Source: Candidatus Pacearchaeota archaeon (GTDB lineage: Archaea; Nanobdellota; Nanobdellia; Pacearchaeales; JAHJTO01). Taken from it: a DNA stretch of 64,000 nt. The stretch lies in contig JAWCMS010000001.1 in assembly GCA_038849525.1 (NCBI GenBank), positions 206,584-270,583 of the forward strand, written 5' to 3'. Shown in pieces: positions 39,088 to 48,492 of the stretch. The position numbers were made by a program, and so were the translations under genes. A model generated the notes under the pieces. It saw only the letters and a list, made by a program, of their open reading frames with translations, was not told the DNA's origin and did not search any database. Each line of letters starts with the position of its first letter. Position 1 is the first letter of the stretch.

Positions 39088-39978
39088 CTAAATTTTAATT
39101 TTCATCAAATCTTCTGCGAGTTTTGTGTTCTTGAAGACTTTTTTGGCTTCTTTAAGAAGAATTTCAGGATTTTTTTCGTAACGCTGTGATAGATGGGTCA
39201 ACCAAAGTTCTTTAGCCTTTGATTTTTTTGCTATTTCTGCAGCTTGCACTGCTGTAAGATGTTTGTATTCTTTGGCTTTTTCTTCCATTTCTTTAGAATA
39301 TGTAGCTTCTGAAATTAAAATATCTGTTTTTTCTGCTGCCTTGAAACATTGTATGCAGAAAGAAGTATCCATAATAAATGTAATTTTTTTACCTTTTTGA
39401 AGATACGTTACATCCTTTGCTTTTATTTTTTTACCATTTACTACAATATCTTTCCCTTTTTGTAATTCTCCTATGATTGGTCCTTTTAGCTTTAATTTTT
39501 GAATTTTTTCTTTATTTATTCTTAACCTATCTTTTTCTTTGAAGACATAAGCTAAACAAGAAGCAGAATGTTCTAAGGGAAATGCTTCAAGCAAAAATTT
39601 TTTGCTTTCAAAGAATACTCCTTGTGAAATTTCATGGATATTTACTTTTATTTTTTCTTTAAAAATAAACATATTAAGCATTAATTCAATATATTTTTTT
39701 GTTCCTTTTGGACCATAAATATCAAGTGTTTTTTGATAGTTATTCAATGCTAAAGTTTGAAGCAAACCAGGCAATCCTAAGACATGGTCACCGTGCCAAT
39801 GGGATATTAGAATTTTTGTAATTTTGCAAGGATTAAGATGGGCCTTGCGAAATTGTCTTTGCGTTCCTTCTCCACAGTCTATAAGTATAGACTCATCTTC
39901 ATATTCAAGAAGTATGGCTGTATGATTCCTTCTTTCTGTAGGAATAGCCTGTGATGTGCCCAAAAATGTTAGCTCCAT
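39088..39978 (-). CDS. rnz: Ribonuclease Z (tRNA 3' endonuclease), metallo-beta-lactamase fold
   Basis: HWHGDH (HxHxDH) motif. About 300 aa, the short form of RNase Z. Confidence 0.85.
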   Translation of the reverse strand: MELTFLGTSQAIPTERRNHTAILLEYEDESILIDCGEGTQRQFRKAHLNPCKITKILISHWHGDHVLGLPGLLQTLALNNYQKTLDIYGPKGTKKYIELMLNMFIFKEKIKVNIHEISQGVFFESKKFLLEAFPLEHSASCLAYVFKEKDRLRINKEKIQKLKLKGPIIGELQKGKDIVVNGKKIKAKDVTYLQKGKKITFIMDTSFCIQCFKAAEKTDILISEATYSKEMEEKAKEYKHLTAVQAAEIAKKSKAKELWLTHLSQRYEKNPEILLKEAKKVFKNTKLAEDLMKIKI

Positions 39979-40048
39979 TCTAAGAAAAAATAATATATTC
40001 TTAAATACTTATCGATAAGTATTTAATTGCTTGAGTATCTTTAAATAA

Positions 40049-40570
40049 ATGGAAAAAAAATTTAGGGCCTATCTGATTGGAAACAAAATTGTTAGCAATG
40101 CTACCGAAGCATTTAGTTTAAATTCCCAAAGTTATATTGGGGATAAAATAGAAAATAAAATACATTATTCTTTTGTTGAGATACTCTATCTGCTAAAAAA
40201 AGGAAAGGTTTTATTGTTTAAAGATAAGAAAAAAATCTCTTCTGATGCTTTTATGAAAATTGCTGAAAAAAAAGAACATAATTTTTTTGCAAGATATATT
40301 GTATACTCTGATTTAAAAAATAGGGGGTATATAGTAAAAACAGCTTTAAAATTTGGTGCAGATTTTAGAGTATATGAAAAAGGCAAAAAACCGGGAGAAG
40401 AACATGCAAAGTGGGTAGTATTTGCTGTTTATGAAACAGATAAGTTAACATGGTATGAATTTGCTGCAAAAAATCGCGTTGCTCATTCAACAAAAAAGAA
40501 TCTACTTATCGCAATAGTTGATGCTGAGGGGGATATAACTTACTACGAATGCCGATGGTTGAAACCTTAA
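40049..40570 (+). CDS. endA: tRNA-splicing endonuclease EndA
   Basis: C-terminal catalytic domain (GADFRVYEKG...HAKWVVFAV...LLIAIVDAEGDITYYE) typical of archaeal EndA. About 170 aa. Confidence 0.85.
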   Translation: MEKKFRAYLIGNKIVSNATEAFSLNSQSYIGDKIENKIHYSFVEILYLLKKGKVLLFKDKKKISSDAFMKIAEKKEHNFFARYIVYSDLKNRGYIVKTALKFGADFRVYEKGKKPGEEHAKWVVFAVYETDKLTWYEFAAKNRVAHSTKKNLLIAIVDAEGDITYYECRWLKP

Positions 40571-41403
40571 AAGTTAATGTTGCTTCAGAAAAAGCTAAAA
40601 TAATAGCTTTTCTTGAGAAATCGGGACCTGTTGTTTCTAACACTATTGCTAAAGCTTTAAATTTAAACAGTTTTCTTACTGCAGCTTTGCTTTCTGAGCT
40701 AGTAAAAGAAAAGCAAATTAATGCAAGTTTTATTAGAGTTGGGGGCTCTCCTTTGTATTATTTGAATGGGCAAGAAGAACAACTTGAAAGATTTGTTAGT
40801 TTTTTAAAAAATAAAGAAAGGGAGGCGTATGAAATATTGAAAAAAGAAGGGGTATTACAAGATTCAAAACTTGAACCTGCTATAAGGGTAGCTATAAGAG
40901 ATGTCAAAGACTTTGCCATCCCACTCTCTGTAAATAACGGAAAAGAAGAAATTTTATTTTGGAAATATCGATTTTTTAATGAAGCTGATAAAAAAATAAA
41001 AGAGTTATTAACCGAACAAGAAATAATTAAAGAAGAAAAAGATGAGCCACTTTTTGTCAAAGAAGTTAAAAAAGAAAAGAAAAAGTTAGAAAAAGCAATG
41101 ACAGTAGATAAAATTTTAGAAAAATGGGCTAATGAAAATAAAGTTTTCATTAAAGAACTTATTCTTGCAAAAGGCAAGGATGCCAAAGCGAAGGTTGTTG
41201 TAAAATCAGAAATAGGAGACATCGATTTCTTGCTTATTCTAAAGAATAAGAAGAATATCACTGAAGCAGATTTAAGTCTTGCCTATCAAGATGGTTTAAA
41301 CTTTAAGATACCAGTTATATTTTTAACTCCAGGAAAACTTTCAAAATCAACACAACAATATCTTGATTGTCTTGGCAAAAATTTGATATTACGTAAACTT
41401 TAA
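40549..41403 (+). CDS. Hypothetical protein: N-terminal winged-helix domain plus C-terminal Mrr/restriction-endonuclease-like domain
   Basis: wHTH-like N-terminus (KIIAFLEKSGPVVSNTIAKALNL...). The C-terminus (KVVVKSEIGDIDFLLILKNKK...IPVIFLTPGKLSKSTQQYLD...LILRKL) resembles the Mrr_cat C-terminal pattern. The 5' end overlaps endA by 22 nt. Confidence 0.4.
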   Translation: MPMVETLKVNVASEKAKIIAFLEKSGPVVSNTIAKALNLNSFLTAALLSELVKEKQINASFIRVGGSPLYYLNGQEEQLERFVSFLKNKEREAYEILKKEGVLQDSKLEPAIRVAIRDVKDFAIPLSVNNGKEEILFWKYRFFNEADKKIKELLTEQEIIKEEKDEPLFVKEVKKEKKKLEKAMTVDKILEKWANENKVFIKELILAKGKDAKAKVVVKSEIGDIDFLLILKNKKNITEADLSLAYQDGLNFKIPVIFLTPGKLSKSTQQYLDCLGKNLILRKL

Positions 41404-41427
41404 AAGCCCCTAATAAAAGATATTCTT

Positions 41428-41649
41428 ATGGGCAGAATAAAAGGAACATTAGTGAAACGAACTACAATGGCATTAATGGCTAAATACAAAAATCAATTTA
41501 CTATAGATTTTGAAACAAACAAAAAAGTAATTAATAGTGTAATGCCCGATTTACAAAAAAAAATAAGAAACAGCGTAGCTGGATTTATAACAAGGAAAAT
41601 TAAAAGAGAAGAGAAAAAAATCAAAAGTAATTTCATTTTAAGGAGGTAA
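41428..41649 (+). CDS. rps17e: 30S ribosomal protein S17e
   Basis: [33 protein letters not shown]...[13 protein letters not shown] matches S17e. Confidence 0.9.
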   Translation: MGRIKGTLVKRTTMALMAKYKNQFTIDFETNKKVINSVMPDLQKKIRNSVAGFITRKIKREEKKIKSNFILRR

Positions 41650-41663
41650 CTACAAAAACAAAA

Positions 41664-41954
41664 ATGTCTAAGACAGAAGACAATGTTGTTTTTATTGGTG
41701 GAAAGCCTTTCATGAACTATGTAACTGGAGTAGTAATGCAATTTACAACTAAAGGAGCAAAAGAAGTAGTAATAAAAGCAAGAGGAAAATTTATTTCAAG
41801 AGCTGTAGATGTAGCAGAAGTAAGCAGAAAAAAATTTTTGAAGGAACATGGTATAAATGTCAAAGATATAAAGATTGATAGCGAAGAATTTGAAAACAAG
41901 GAAGGCAAGAAAGTCAATGTAAGTACAATAGACATTACTCTTACAAAAGGCTAA
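41664..41954 (+). CDS. albA: Chromatin protein Alba
   Basis: [21 protein letters not shown]...[20 protein letters not shown] matches the Alba core. Confidence 0.9.
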   Translation: MSKTEDNVVFIGGKPFMNYVTGVVMQFTTKGAKEVVIKARGKFISRAVDVAEVSRKKFLKEHGINVKDIKIDSEEFENKEGKKVNVSTIDITLTKG

Positions 41955-42004
41955 GGTTTTAAATAAATAGAATATTTTTAAAGAGCATTTAGTTAGTTTT
42001 AAAT

Positions 42005-42478
42005 ATGGATCCTTTAATAATGGCGATATTGTTAAGTATGTCTCCTATTTCAGAATTAAGAGGGGGGATTCCATATGCTTTATCACAAGGATTAAGCATT
42101 GAACAAGCATTTTTAGTTTGTGTCTTAGCAAATATCGTTGTTGCTACTTTTATAATGTTTTTTCTTACTTTTCTTCATTCTTATTTTATAAAAGTAGGAT
42201 TTTACAATAAAACTTTTAATTATTTCTTAAAAAGAATAAGAAAAAAAAGTTATGAAGTTGAAAGAAATATGGGTAATTTAGGATATCTTGCATTATGTAT
42301 CTTTGTAGCAATTCCTCTTCCTGTAACTGGAGCATGGACTGGAACATTAATTGCATGGTTGCTTGGTTTGAATAAATTCAAAAGTATTCTAGCAATTTCT
42401 TTAGGAGTTATTATTGCAGGAATAATAGTTTCACTTATAGCATTCGGGATAATTAATTTTTTCTATTTTATTTTTTAA
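42005..42478 (+). CDS. Small integral membrane protein (4 TM), hypothetical
   Basis: Hydrophobic protein with a conserved-looking SELRGGIPYA motif. No assignable family. Confidence 0.5.
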   Translation: MDPLIMAILLSMSPISELRGGIPYALSQGLSIEQAFLVCVLANIVVATFIMFFLTFLHSYFIKVGFYNKTFNYFLKRIRKKSYEVERNMGNLGYLALCIFVAIPLPVTGAWTGTLIAWLLGLNKFKSILAISLGVIIAGIIVSLIAFGIINFFYFIF

Positions 42479-42479
42479 T

Positions 42480-42743
42480 TTAAATATCCTCATTTTCCTT
42501 TATTTTTTTATCTTCATAAGGAGCTACTCTCCTTCTATAGAATTCTTGTTTTATACATTCTAACAATCCAATTGCACGATTATAGTTAAAATATTTCGGA
42601 GGATATGCCATAATTAAAATTTTAGAAAAAAGATAATTTAATTCTCCATCTAATTCTCTTTCGGGAATTTTTTTTATAATCTCATTTATTTCATTTATTA
42701 ATCTTTCCCATTTTTTTCTTTGTTTTTGTTTTATGTAAGGCAT
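42480..42743 (-). CDS. Hypothetical protein (87 aa)
   Basis: ORF with coding-like composition, tightly packed between neighbours. No recognisable motif. Confidence 0.4.
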   Translation of the reverse strand: MPYIKQKQRKKWERLINEINEIIKKIPERELDGELNYLFSKILIMAYPPKYFNYNRAIGLLECIKQEFYRRRVAPYEDKKIKENEDI

Positions 42744-42748
42744 TTTAA

Positions 42749-42822
42749 TGCCGGTGAGCGGATTTGAACCGCCGACATCCGCCTTATGAGAGCGGCACTC
42801 TAACCAACTGAGTTACACCGGC
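42749..42822 (-). tRNA. tRNA-Met: tRNA-Met(CAT), elongator type (or tRNA-Ile2 CAU)
   Basis: Reverse complement GCCGGTGTAACTCAGTTGGTTAGAGTGCCGCTCTCATAAGGCGGATGTCGGCGGTTCAAATCCGCTCACCGGCA. Anticodon loop CTCATAA. The G1-C72 pair argues against an initiator. Confidence 0.85.
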
Positions 42823-42847
42823 TTAATTTTTTGAGAGAATTGAAAGT

Positions 42848-43255
42848 TTATAAGGCTTTTTTTATTTTTTCACATATAATCTCCATTTCTTTGTCTTTGT
42901 AAGAACTGCCCTTCCAATGTTCATATCCATCATTTTTAAAGCGAGGTATTATATGAAAGTGCATATGTGGCACTAATTGTCCGGCTGCCTTTCCATTGTT
43001 TAAATTTATGTTAAATGCATCAGTACTAACCGCTCTTGTGACTGCAATAGCAATTTTTTGCACTGATTTTATTAATTCACAAAGTAGAGACTCTGGAATT
43101 CTTTCTATGCTCTCAAAATGCTTTTTTGGGATTACAAGGGTATGCCCTGGATTTATAGGAGAGATATCAAGAAAAGCAAGAATTTTATTATCTTCATAAA
43201 CTTTTTTGCATGGAATTTTTCCTTTGATAATCTTACAAAAAATACAATCTTCCAT
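42848..43255 (-). CDS. HIT family hydrolase (canonical histidine triad)
   Basis: HTLVIPKKH...GQLVPHMHFHIIPR with an intact HxHxHxx motif. 135 aa. Confidence 0.9.
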   Translation of the reverse strand: MEDCIFCKIIKGKIPCKKVYEDNKILAFLDISPINPGHTLVIPKKHFESIERIPESLLCELIKSVQKIAIAVTRAVSTDAFNINLNNGKAAGQLVPHMHFHIIPRFKNDGYEHWKGSSYKDKEMEIICEKIKKAL

Positions 43256-43277
43256 TTGTTTTTAAATATTAAAGGGT

Positions 43278-43886
43278 TTAAATATTTTTAATCGAGTCTA
43301 ATATCTCATCTTCTTTTTTTCTTGAGTTTCCATACAATTGTCCAAATGAAACAACAATATAGTTTATTGAATTCCAATACTTTCTTGGGAATAATCTTTC
43401 TAAATCTTTTTCTATCTTCCAAGGGATTTTATTTTTTGTCCACCCTAATTTTTGAGAAATTCGAGCAACGTGAGTGTCTACCCCTATTACTGCTTTGCCA
43501 TGAGCTTCTGCAAGATAAACATTTGCTACTTTTCTGCCTACTCCCGGCAGTTTCATTAGTTCTTTGCGAGTTTTTGGAATTCCTAATTTTGAAATTATTC
43601 TTGCAGTTTCTTTTATATGCTTAGATTTAGTTTTGTAATAATTTATCTGCTTGATAATCTTTCTGATTTCAGATAAAGGGGCATTTGCAAGAGCTTGCGG
43701 AGATTTATATTTATTATAAAGCTTTTTAGAAATTTTGTTTGTTAAAACATCTCTCGACTGAGATGAGAGTATTGTAGAAATCAAAACCTTCCATCTTGCG
43801 GATTGTTCAGCTGCTAATTTTGGTTCTTTTCCTTTGATTAATTTTTTCAATGCAAGAAGTTGTTTTATTGCTTTTTTTTGATTCAT
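43278..43886 (-). CDS. HhH-GPD superfamily DNA glycosylase (endonuclease III-like, no Fe-S cluster)
   Basis: Helix-hairpin-helix LMKLPGVGRKVANVYL followed by a Gly/Pro-rich loop and the catalytic Asp region (GVDTHVARI). It ends without the C-terminal Cys4 cluster. Confidence 0.7.
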   Translation of the reverse strand: MNQKKAIKQLLALKKLIKGKEPKLAAEQSARWKVLISTILSSQSRDVLTNKISKKLYNKYKSPQALANAPLSEIRKIIKQINYYKTKSKHIKETARIISKLGIPKTRKELMKLPGVGRKVANVYLAEAHGKAVIGVDTHVARISQKLGWTKNKIPWKIEKDLERLFPRKYWNSINYIVVSFGQLYGNSRKKEDEILDSIKNI

Positions 43887-43987
43887 AATTTGAAAAGCCT
43901 TAAAAACCTATTAAAGTTTTGGTTCTTTGTAAAAATATTAAAGCAAGGGATAAATATTAATAATTTATTTGCCTTAATATTTTTTAA

Positions 43988-44059
43988 GGGCCTGTAGTAT
44001 AATAGTTATTATGCGCCCATGGCATGGGTGAGATTCGGGTGCGATTCCCGACAGGTCCA
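43988..44059 (+). tRNA. tRNA-Ala: tRNA-Ala(GGC), atypical AT-rich D-arm
   Basis: GGGCCTGTAGTATAATAGTTATTATGCGCCCATGGCATGGGTGAGATTCGGGTGCGATTCCCGACAGGTCCA. It has the G3:U70 Ala identity pair and anticodon loop ATGGCAT. The D-arm and T-loop are non-canonical, so this should be confirmed with tRNAscan. Confidence 0.6.
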
Positions 44060-44060
44060 T

Positions 44061-45743
44061 TTATTTTTTTACTCTAGTTTCTACTAACTTACCAGCTTTT
44101 TCAAAAGAAATCTCTTTATTGATAAGCTTTTTAAGAATATTTTTCAAATCAACAATTTTTACTCGAATTTGTTTTGTTGTATCTCTATCGCGAATTGTAA
44201 CATCTTTCTTTTTTATACTTTCTTCATCAATTGTTATGCAATAAGGCGTTCCAATTTCATCATTTCTTGCGTATCTTCTTCCTATACTCCCCGATTCATC
44301 ATAAATCACATTAAACTCTTTTTTTAGTTCAGAAACAATATCTTTAGAGATTTTTTCATATTCTGGCTTTTTGATAATGGGAAAAACTGCAGCTTTTATT
44401 GGAGCGAGTTTTGGATGAAGCTTAAGTACAATATTCTGTCTTTTTTCATCATAAGTGTAAGCGTCGAACATAAAAACTAAAAATGCTCTTTCTACGCCTT
44501 GAGAAGGTTCGCAAATAACGTGTGGAATAATCTTTTCATATTTTCCTTCTTTCTCTTCGACAATTGACATGTCTGTCTTTGAAAATTTTTCATGTTGTCT
44601 CAAATCGAAATCTGTTCTATTTGCCATTCCCTGTAACTCTTTCCATCCAAAAGGAAATTCATATTCTAAATCCCAAGTGTCAAGAGCATAATGTGATTTT
44701 TCATCTTTCATGTGTTGTCTTATTCTGAACTTTTTTGGATTTGCTCCTAAACTTGTAAACCATAGAAATTCTTGTTCAAGCCAGTAAGCATGCCAGTCTG
44801 TTTTTATTATTCCTTCTTTTAGAGCATTTTTTATTTTCATTTTTTTTGCTTCTTGATTTTTTTCTTGCATTTCTGCCGAGTAGACAAGAATTTCAGTATC
44901 ACCTATTTCATAAGGACATTTTTCTTTTGGATTTACAAAATATTCAATTTCCATCTGTTCGAATTCTCTACATCTAAATAAAAAGTCTCTTGGAGCGATT
45001 TCATTTCTAAAAGCTTTTCCTATCTGCGCTATTCCAAAAGGAAGATGAAGCCTTGCATTGTTTTGAATAAACTTAAAATTTATAAAAATCAATTGTGCAG
45101 TCTCAGGACGTAAATATGACTTTATAGAATCTTCTGAAATAGGACCTACTTGTGTAATAAACATCAAGTTAAAATCTCCTTTACTTTGATATTCTCCTTT
45201 ACATTTCTCACATCTTATTTTTCCTAATTCTGATTTGTCTATTTTTGTTTTGAATCCACATTTTTTGCATATAACTGCAATATCAGAAAAACTTGATACA
45301 TGTCCAGAAGCTTCCCATACTTTTGGATTAGTTATTATGCTTCCATCCATTCCAATAATATCATTTCTTTGCCTGACATGATAGTTCCACCATTCATTTT
45401 TTATATTATTTTTTAATTCAACTCCCAAATGCCCATAGTCCCAAAATCCCGATAATCCTCCATAGATCTCTGAAGATGGATAGACAAAACCTTTTCTTTT
45501 GCAAAATGTTGCTAATTCATCAATTGTTATCTTTTTTTCGATTTGTTCCATAATTTGTTTTTGTGTTTTTGGCTTTTTAATATTATTCTTATTTGTTAAT
45601 TGCAATGCTTTTTGCTCTGCTTCTTCTTTATTTTTACCAAGATAAGCGATAGTTATGGCCCTTATCTTTCCTTTTTCACGTTTGCTTTTTCTTAGATAAT
45701 AATATTCTTTTCCTTTAATTCTCTTTTTTACTATAAAGACCAT
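44061..45743 (-). CDS. glyS: Glycyl-tRNA synthetase (archaeal/eukaryotic-type class II); N-terminal about 60 residues uncertain
   Basis: FCKRKGFVYPSSEIYGGLSGFWDYGHLG, class II motifs and an anticodon-binding domain. The conserved GlyRS start aligns with the internal MEQIEKK (about codon 65). The upstream lysine-rich extension is in-frame with no stop. Confidence 0.85.
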   Translation of the reverse strand: MVFIVKKRIKGKEYYYLRKSKREKGKIRAITIAYLGKNKEEAEQKALQLTNKNNIKKPKTQKQIMEQIEKKITIDELATFCKRKGFVYPSSEIYGGLSGFWDYGHLGVELKNNIKNEWWNYHVRQRNDIIGMDGSIITNPKVWEASGHVSSFSDIAVICKKCGFKTKIDKSELGKIRCEKCKGEYQSKGDFNLMFITQVGPISEDSIKSYLRPETAQLIFINFKFIQNNARLHLPFGIAQIGKAFRNEIAPRDFLFRCREFEQMEIEYFVNPKEKCPYEIGDTEILVYSAEMQEKNQEAKKMKIKNALKEGIIKTDWHAYWLEQEFLWFTSLGANPKKFRIRQHMKDEKSHYALDTWDLEYEFPFGWKELQGMANRTDFDLRQHEKFSKTDMSIVEEKEGKYEKIIPHVICEPSQGVERAFLVFMFDAYTYDEKRQNIVLKLHPKLAPIKAAVFPIIKKPEYEKISKDIVSELKKEFNVIYDESGSIGRRYARNDEIGTPYCITIDEESIKKKDVTIRDRDTTKQIRVKIVDLKNILKKLINKEISFEKAGKLVETRVKK

Positions 45744-45834
45744 GATATTTAGGCACTACTTTATTATTTTTAAATTTTTTGTAGTACCTAATTTATTAAG
45801 TATAAAATAATTTTGGGCACTACTTTTAATAAAA

Positions 45835-45890
45835 TTTTAAAAAAATAAAAAGCCGGATTTAAATTAAGGCTATTGCCTTATTTACCGGCA
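45835..45890 (-). terminator. Intrinsic-terminator-like nested hairpin followed by an oligo-U tract, downstream of the 45914 gene
   Basis: GCCGG...CCGGC outer stem enclosing AAGGC-TATT-GCCTT. On the minus-strand RNA it is followed by UUUUUAUUUUU. Confidence 0.4.
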
Positions 45891-45913
45891 AAATAAAACA
45901 AAAATTTAGCGTT

Positions 45914-46240
45914 TTACTTTGCTTTTGCAATTGCAAAGACTTCTCTTAAAGCAACTATTATCACAGCAGGTACTACTAAAATCATTATTGCTGTAAGGAC
46001 ATTTGCTATAGTTGGTATGACTGCTATCGCATCTTTACCAAAAGAAGTCGCTATTAGTAAAGATATTCCAGCCAATAAAAATGGGGTCGCTTCTTTTGAA
46101 GTTATATTCAGTAACCCTACAATCAATCCAATCAATACAAGCATTGTTGCTATTAATTCATTTATTGAACTTAATAGTCCAAAGACTATAGCAACAATAA
46201 CCCCTATAACAAAAGCCCATTTGCCGATTAAATCCTTCAT
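45914..46240 (-). CDS. Small integral membrane protein (3-4 TM), hypothetical
   Basis: Strongly hydrophobic 108-aa ORF followed by a hairpin and T-tract. Preferred over the overlapping plus-strand ORF 46017..46259. Confidence 0.5.
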   Translation of the reverse strand: MKDLIGKWAFVIGVIVAIVFGLLSSINELIATMLVLIGLIVGLLNITSKEATPFLLAGISLLIATSFGKDAIAVIPTIANVLTAIMILVVPAVIIVALREVFAIAKAK

Positions 46241-46324
46241 TTTTTTAGCCTCCTTTTAGTATCATAAAAGAAAATTTGGTTTTTAAAGGTTTTTAAATAA
46301 ATTTTAAAACTTAAAAGTGAGAAA

Positions 46325-46397
46325 AGCGGGGAGAGGGACTCGAACCCTCGAATAGCTGCTCTGCAGGCAGCCGCCGTAGCCGCTGGGCCACCCCCGC
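46325..46397 (-). tRNA. tRNA-Cys: tRNA-Cys(GCA)
   Basis: Reverse complement GCGGGGGTGGCCCAGCGGCTACGGCGGCTGCCTGCAGAGCAGCTATTCGAGGGTTCGAGTCCCTCTCCCCGCT. Anticodon loop CTGCAGA and U73 discriminator (a Cys identity element). It is strikingly GC-rich compared with the genome. Confidence 0.8.
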
Positions 46398-46503
46398 ACG
46401 TACGAGATTTTCTCTAATAATCTTTAAGATGTATTTACTTTTAAATATTATTAAAATTTCTATAAAACAATATGTTTTTAATTATCCTATTCTTATTTAA
46501 ATT

Positions 46504-47211
46504 ATGAATGAAAAAGAGATAATTGAACTAAAAGAGGTATGGAAATATTATCCTGTAGAAAAAGTTACTGCATTAAAAGGCGTTAATCTTACTATACAGA
46601 CGGGAGATTTTGTTGTTATCATGGGTCCTTCTGGAAGTGGAAAATCTACTTTGATGAACATGATTGGGTTATTAGATGTACCAACAAAGGGAAAAGTTTT
46701 TTTTCATGGAAGAGATATTTCAAAAGCTGATGAAGATTTGTTATCCGATTTGAGGGGGAAAAAAATAGGATTTGTTTTTCAAATGTTTAATTTAATTCCA
46801 ACATTAACTGCATTGGAAAATGTAATGTTGCCAGTTATTTTTCATGGCAAAAATGAAAATACAGAAAAAAGAGCAGTTGAACTACTTAAGTCGTTAGGAA
46901 TGGGAAAAAGAATAAATCATCTTCCTGGACAGCTTTCAGGGGGAGAAAGACAGAGAGTTGCTATTGCAAGAGCATTAATAAATAATCCCGAATTAATTCT
47001 TGCAGATGAACCTACTGGAAATCTTGATAGTAAGACAGGTGAACAAATAATGGCAATCTTAGACGAATTGCATCATAAAGGTAAAACATTAGTAGTTATA
47101 ACTCACGATCCAAGAATAGCAAGCTATGCACATACAATGTATAGTATCATAGACGGTCGAATTACAAAGAATCATGCTACTGCAAGAAAATATATTTGGA
47201 GAAAAACTTAA
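46504..47211 (+). CDS. ABC transporter ATP-binding protein (MacB/LolD-like)
   Basis: Walker [10 protein letters not shown], signature [15 protein letters not shown], Walker [12 protein letters not shown]. Confidence 0.9.
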   Translation: MNEKEIIELKEVWKYYPVEKVTALKGVNLTIQTGDFVVIMGPSGSGKSTLMNMIGLLDVPTKGKVFFHGRDISKADEDLLSDLRGKKIGFVFQMFNLIPTLTALENVMLPVIFHGKNENTEKRAVELLKSLGMGKRINHLPGQLSGGERQRVAIARALINNPELILADEPTGNLDSKTGEQIMAILDELHHKGKTLVVITHDPRIASYAHTMYSIIDGRITKNHATARKYIWRKT

Positions 47212-47241
47212 AAAAGTTTAATATTTAATTAATAAAACAAA

Positions 47242-48480
47242 ATGGGGAAAAAGAATGTACTTTTGGGGTTATCCTTTTTTATTATAATATTATTGATTTC
47301 ATTAACTTCTGCTATAGAAATTAATCTTTCTCAAAGTTCTTATGAGATGCCAGATACGGCTAACATACAAATAATGTCTTTAAAATATGAACCTTATCCT
47401 GTTGAACCTGGAGAGGTTTTTGAGCTATGGATTAAAATTGAAAATGATGGTAAGCAGGAAACAAAAGACGCAACATGTAAATTAATACTAGATAATCCTT
47501 TTTTATTGTATCAAGGGGAGTTAATACAAAGTTATGGTATACTTAGCCCGAGAGATCAAGCTATTTTTAAATACAAAATTAAAGTCGATGAAAATGCGGT
47601 CGATGGAGACAACATTCTGAAAGTTGAATGCTCACCTAATCCAAAAACAGGGTTTTGGAAACAAACTGAAATTGCAATTAAAGTACAGACAAGATATCCT
47701 ACTTTAAATATATTAAATGTGAAAACAAATCCTTCTGCTATTACACCAGGGCACAAAGCAGATTTAACATTTACTATAGAAAACACAGCTGATTCAAGCA
47801 TGAAGGATATAAATATAAAAATAGATTTTTCATCTGTTCCCTTCGCACCTTATCAAGAAATCGGAGAAAAAAAGCTTAGAAGATTGAATGCAGGAACTAA
47901 TGAAACATTAACTTTTAGCATTGTTTCTCTGCCAAATGCAGAGGGCGGAATTTATAAAGTTCCTATTGAAATATCGTATACTGATGACCTTGGAACAGCG
48001 CATAGTATCAATGCAATTATTTCACTTGAAATAAATTCAAAGCCAGATTTGTATGTTTTTGTTGATTCATCTCAATTGACTACAAGTAAGACAATAGGAG
48101 AAATAACATTTAAAGTAATAAATAGAGGGTTGACTGATATCAAATTTGTAAGTTTAAAAATTCTGCCGTCAAAACAGATCAAACTTATCTCTCCGGACAT
48201 TGCATACATAGGAGATATTGATTCAGATGACTCTGAAACTGCTGATTTCAAGATAACTGTAAAGTCATCTAGACTAAACATTCCGATTGAAATGACATAT
48301 AGAGATGTCAGTAATAATCTTTACATTGAACAATTAAATATTTCATACAATTTACCTTCTACTGCAGAGGCAGGCAAAGGAGGTATTAATTGGATTGTTA
48401 TTATTATGATAATTATTTTGATAGTCTTTGCTTACATTAAAAGAAAACCAATTCTCGGATGGATTAAAAGCAAGTTCTGA
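47242..48480 (+). CDS. Secreted beta-rich protein with Sec signal peptide and C-terminal TM anchor, partner of the ABC/FtsX module
   Basis: Signal LLGLSFFIIILLISLTSA-IE. Repeated beta-sandwich-like segments. A C-terminal hydrophobic helix (INWIVIIMIIILIVFAYI) followed by basic residues. Confidence 0.6.
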   Translation: MGKKNVLLGLSFFIIILLISLTSAIEINLSQSSYEMPDTANIQIMSLKYEPYPVEPGEVFELWIKIENDGKQETKDATCKLILDNPFLLYQGELIQSYGILSPRDQAIFKYKIKVDENAVDGDNILKVECSPNPKTGFWKQTEIAIKVQTRYPTLNILNVKTNPSAITPGHKADLTFTIENTADSSMKDINIKIDFSSVPFAPYQEIGEKKLRRLNAGTNETLTFSIVSLPNAEGGIYKVPIEISYTDDLGTAHSINAIISLEINSKPDLYVFVDSSQLTTSKTIGEITFKVINRGLTDIKFVSLKILPSKQIKLISPDIAYIGDIDSDDSETADFKITVKSSRLNIPIEMTYRDVSNNLYIEQLNISYNLPSTAEAGKGGINWIVIIMIIILIVFAYIKRKPILGWIKSKF

Positions 48481-48492
48481 TTTTAATTTAAA

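Noticed and set aside
40758-41261. 167-aa minus-strand ORF inside 40549..41403
   Set aside because: Antisense to a plus-strand ORF that is translationally coupled to endA. Ser/Leu/Phe-rich shadow translation.
46017-46259. 80-aa plus-strand ORF overlapping 45914..46240
   Set aside because: The minus-strand frame gives a clean multi-TM hydrophobic protein followed by a terminator hairpin. The plus frame is less coherent. Both are uncertain.
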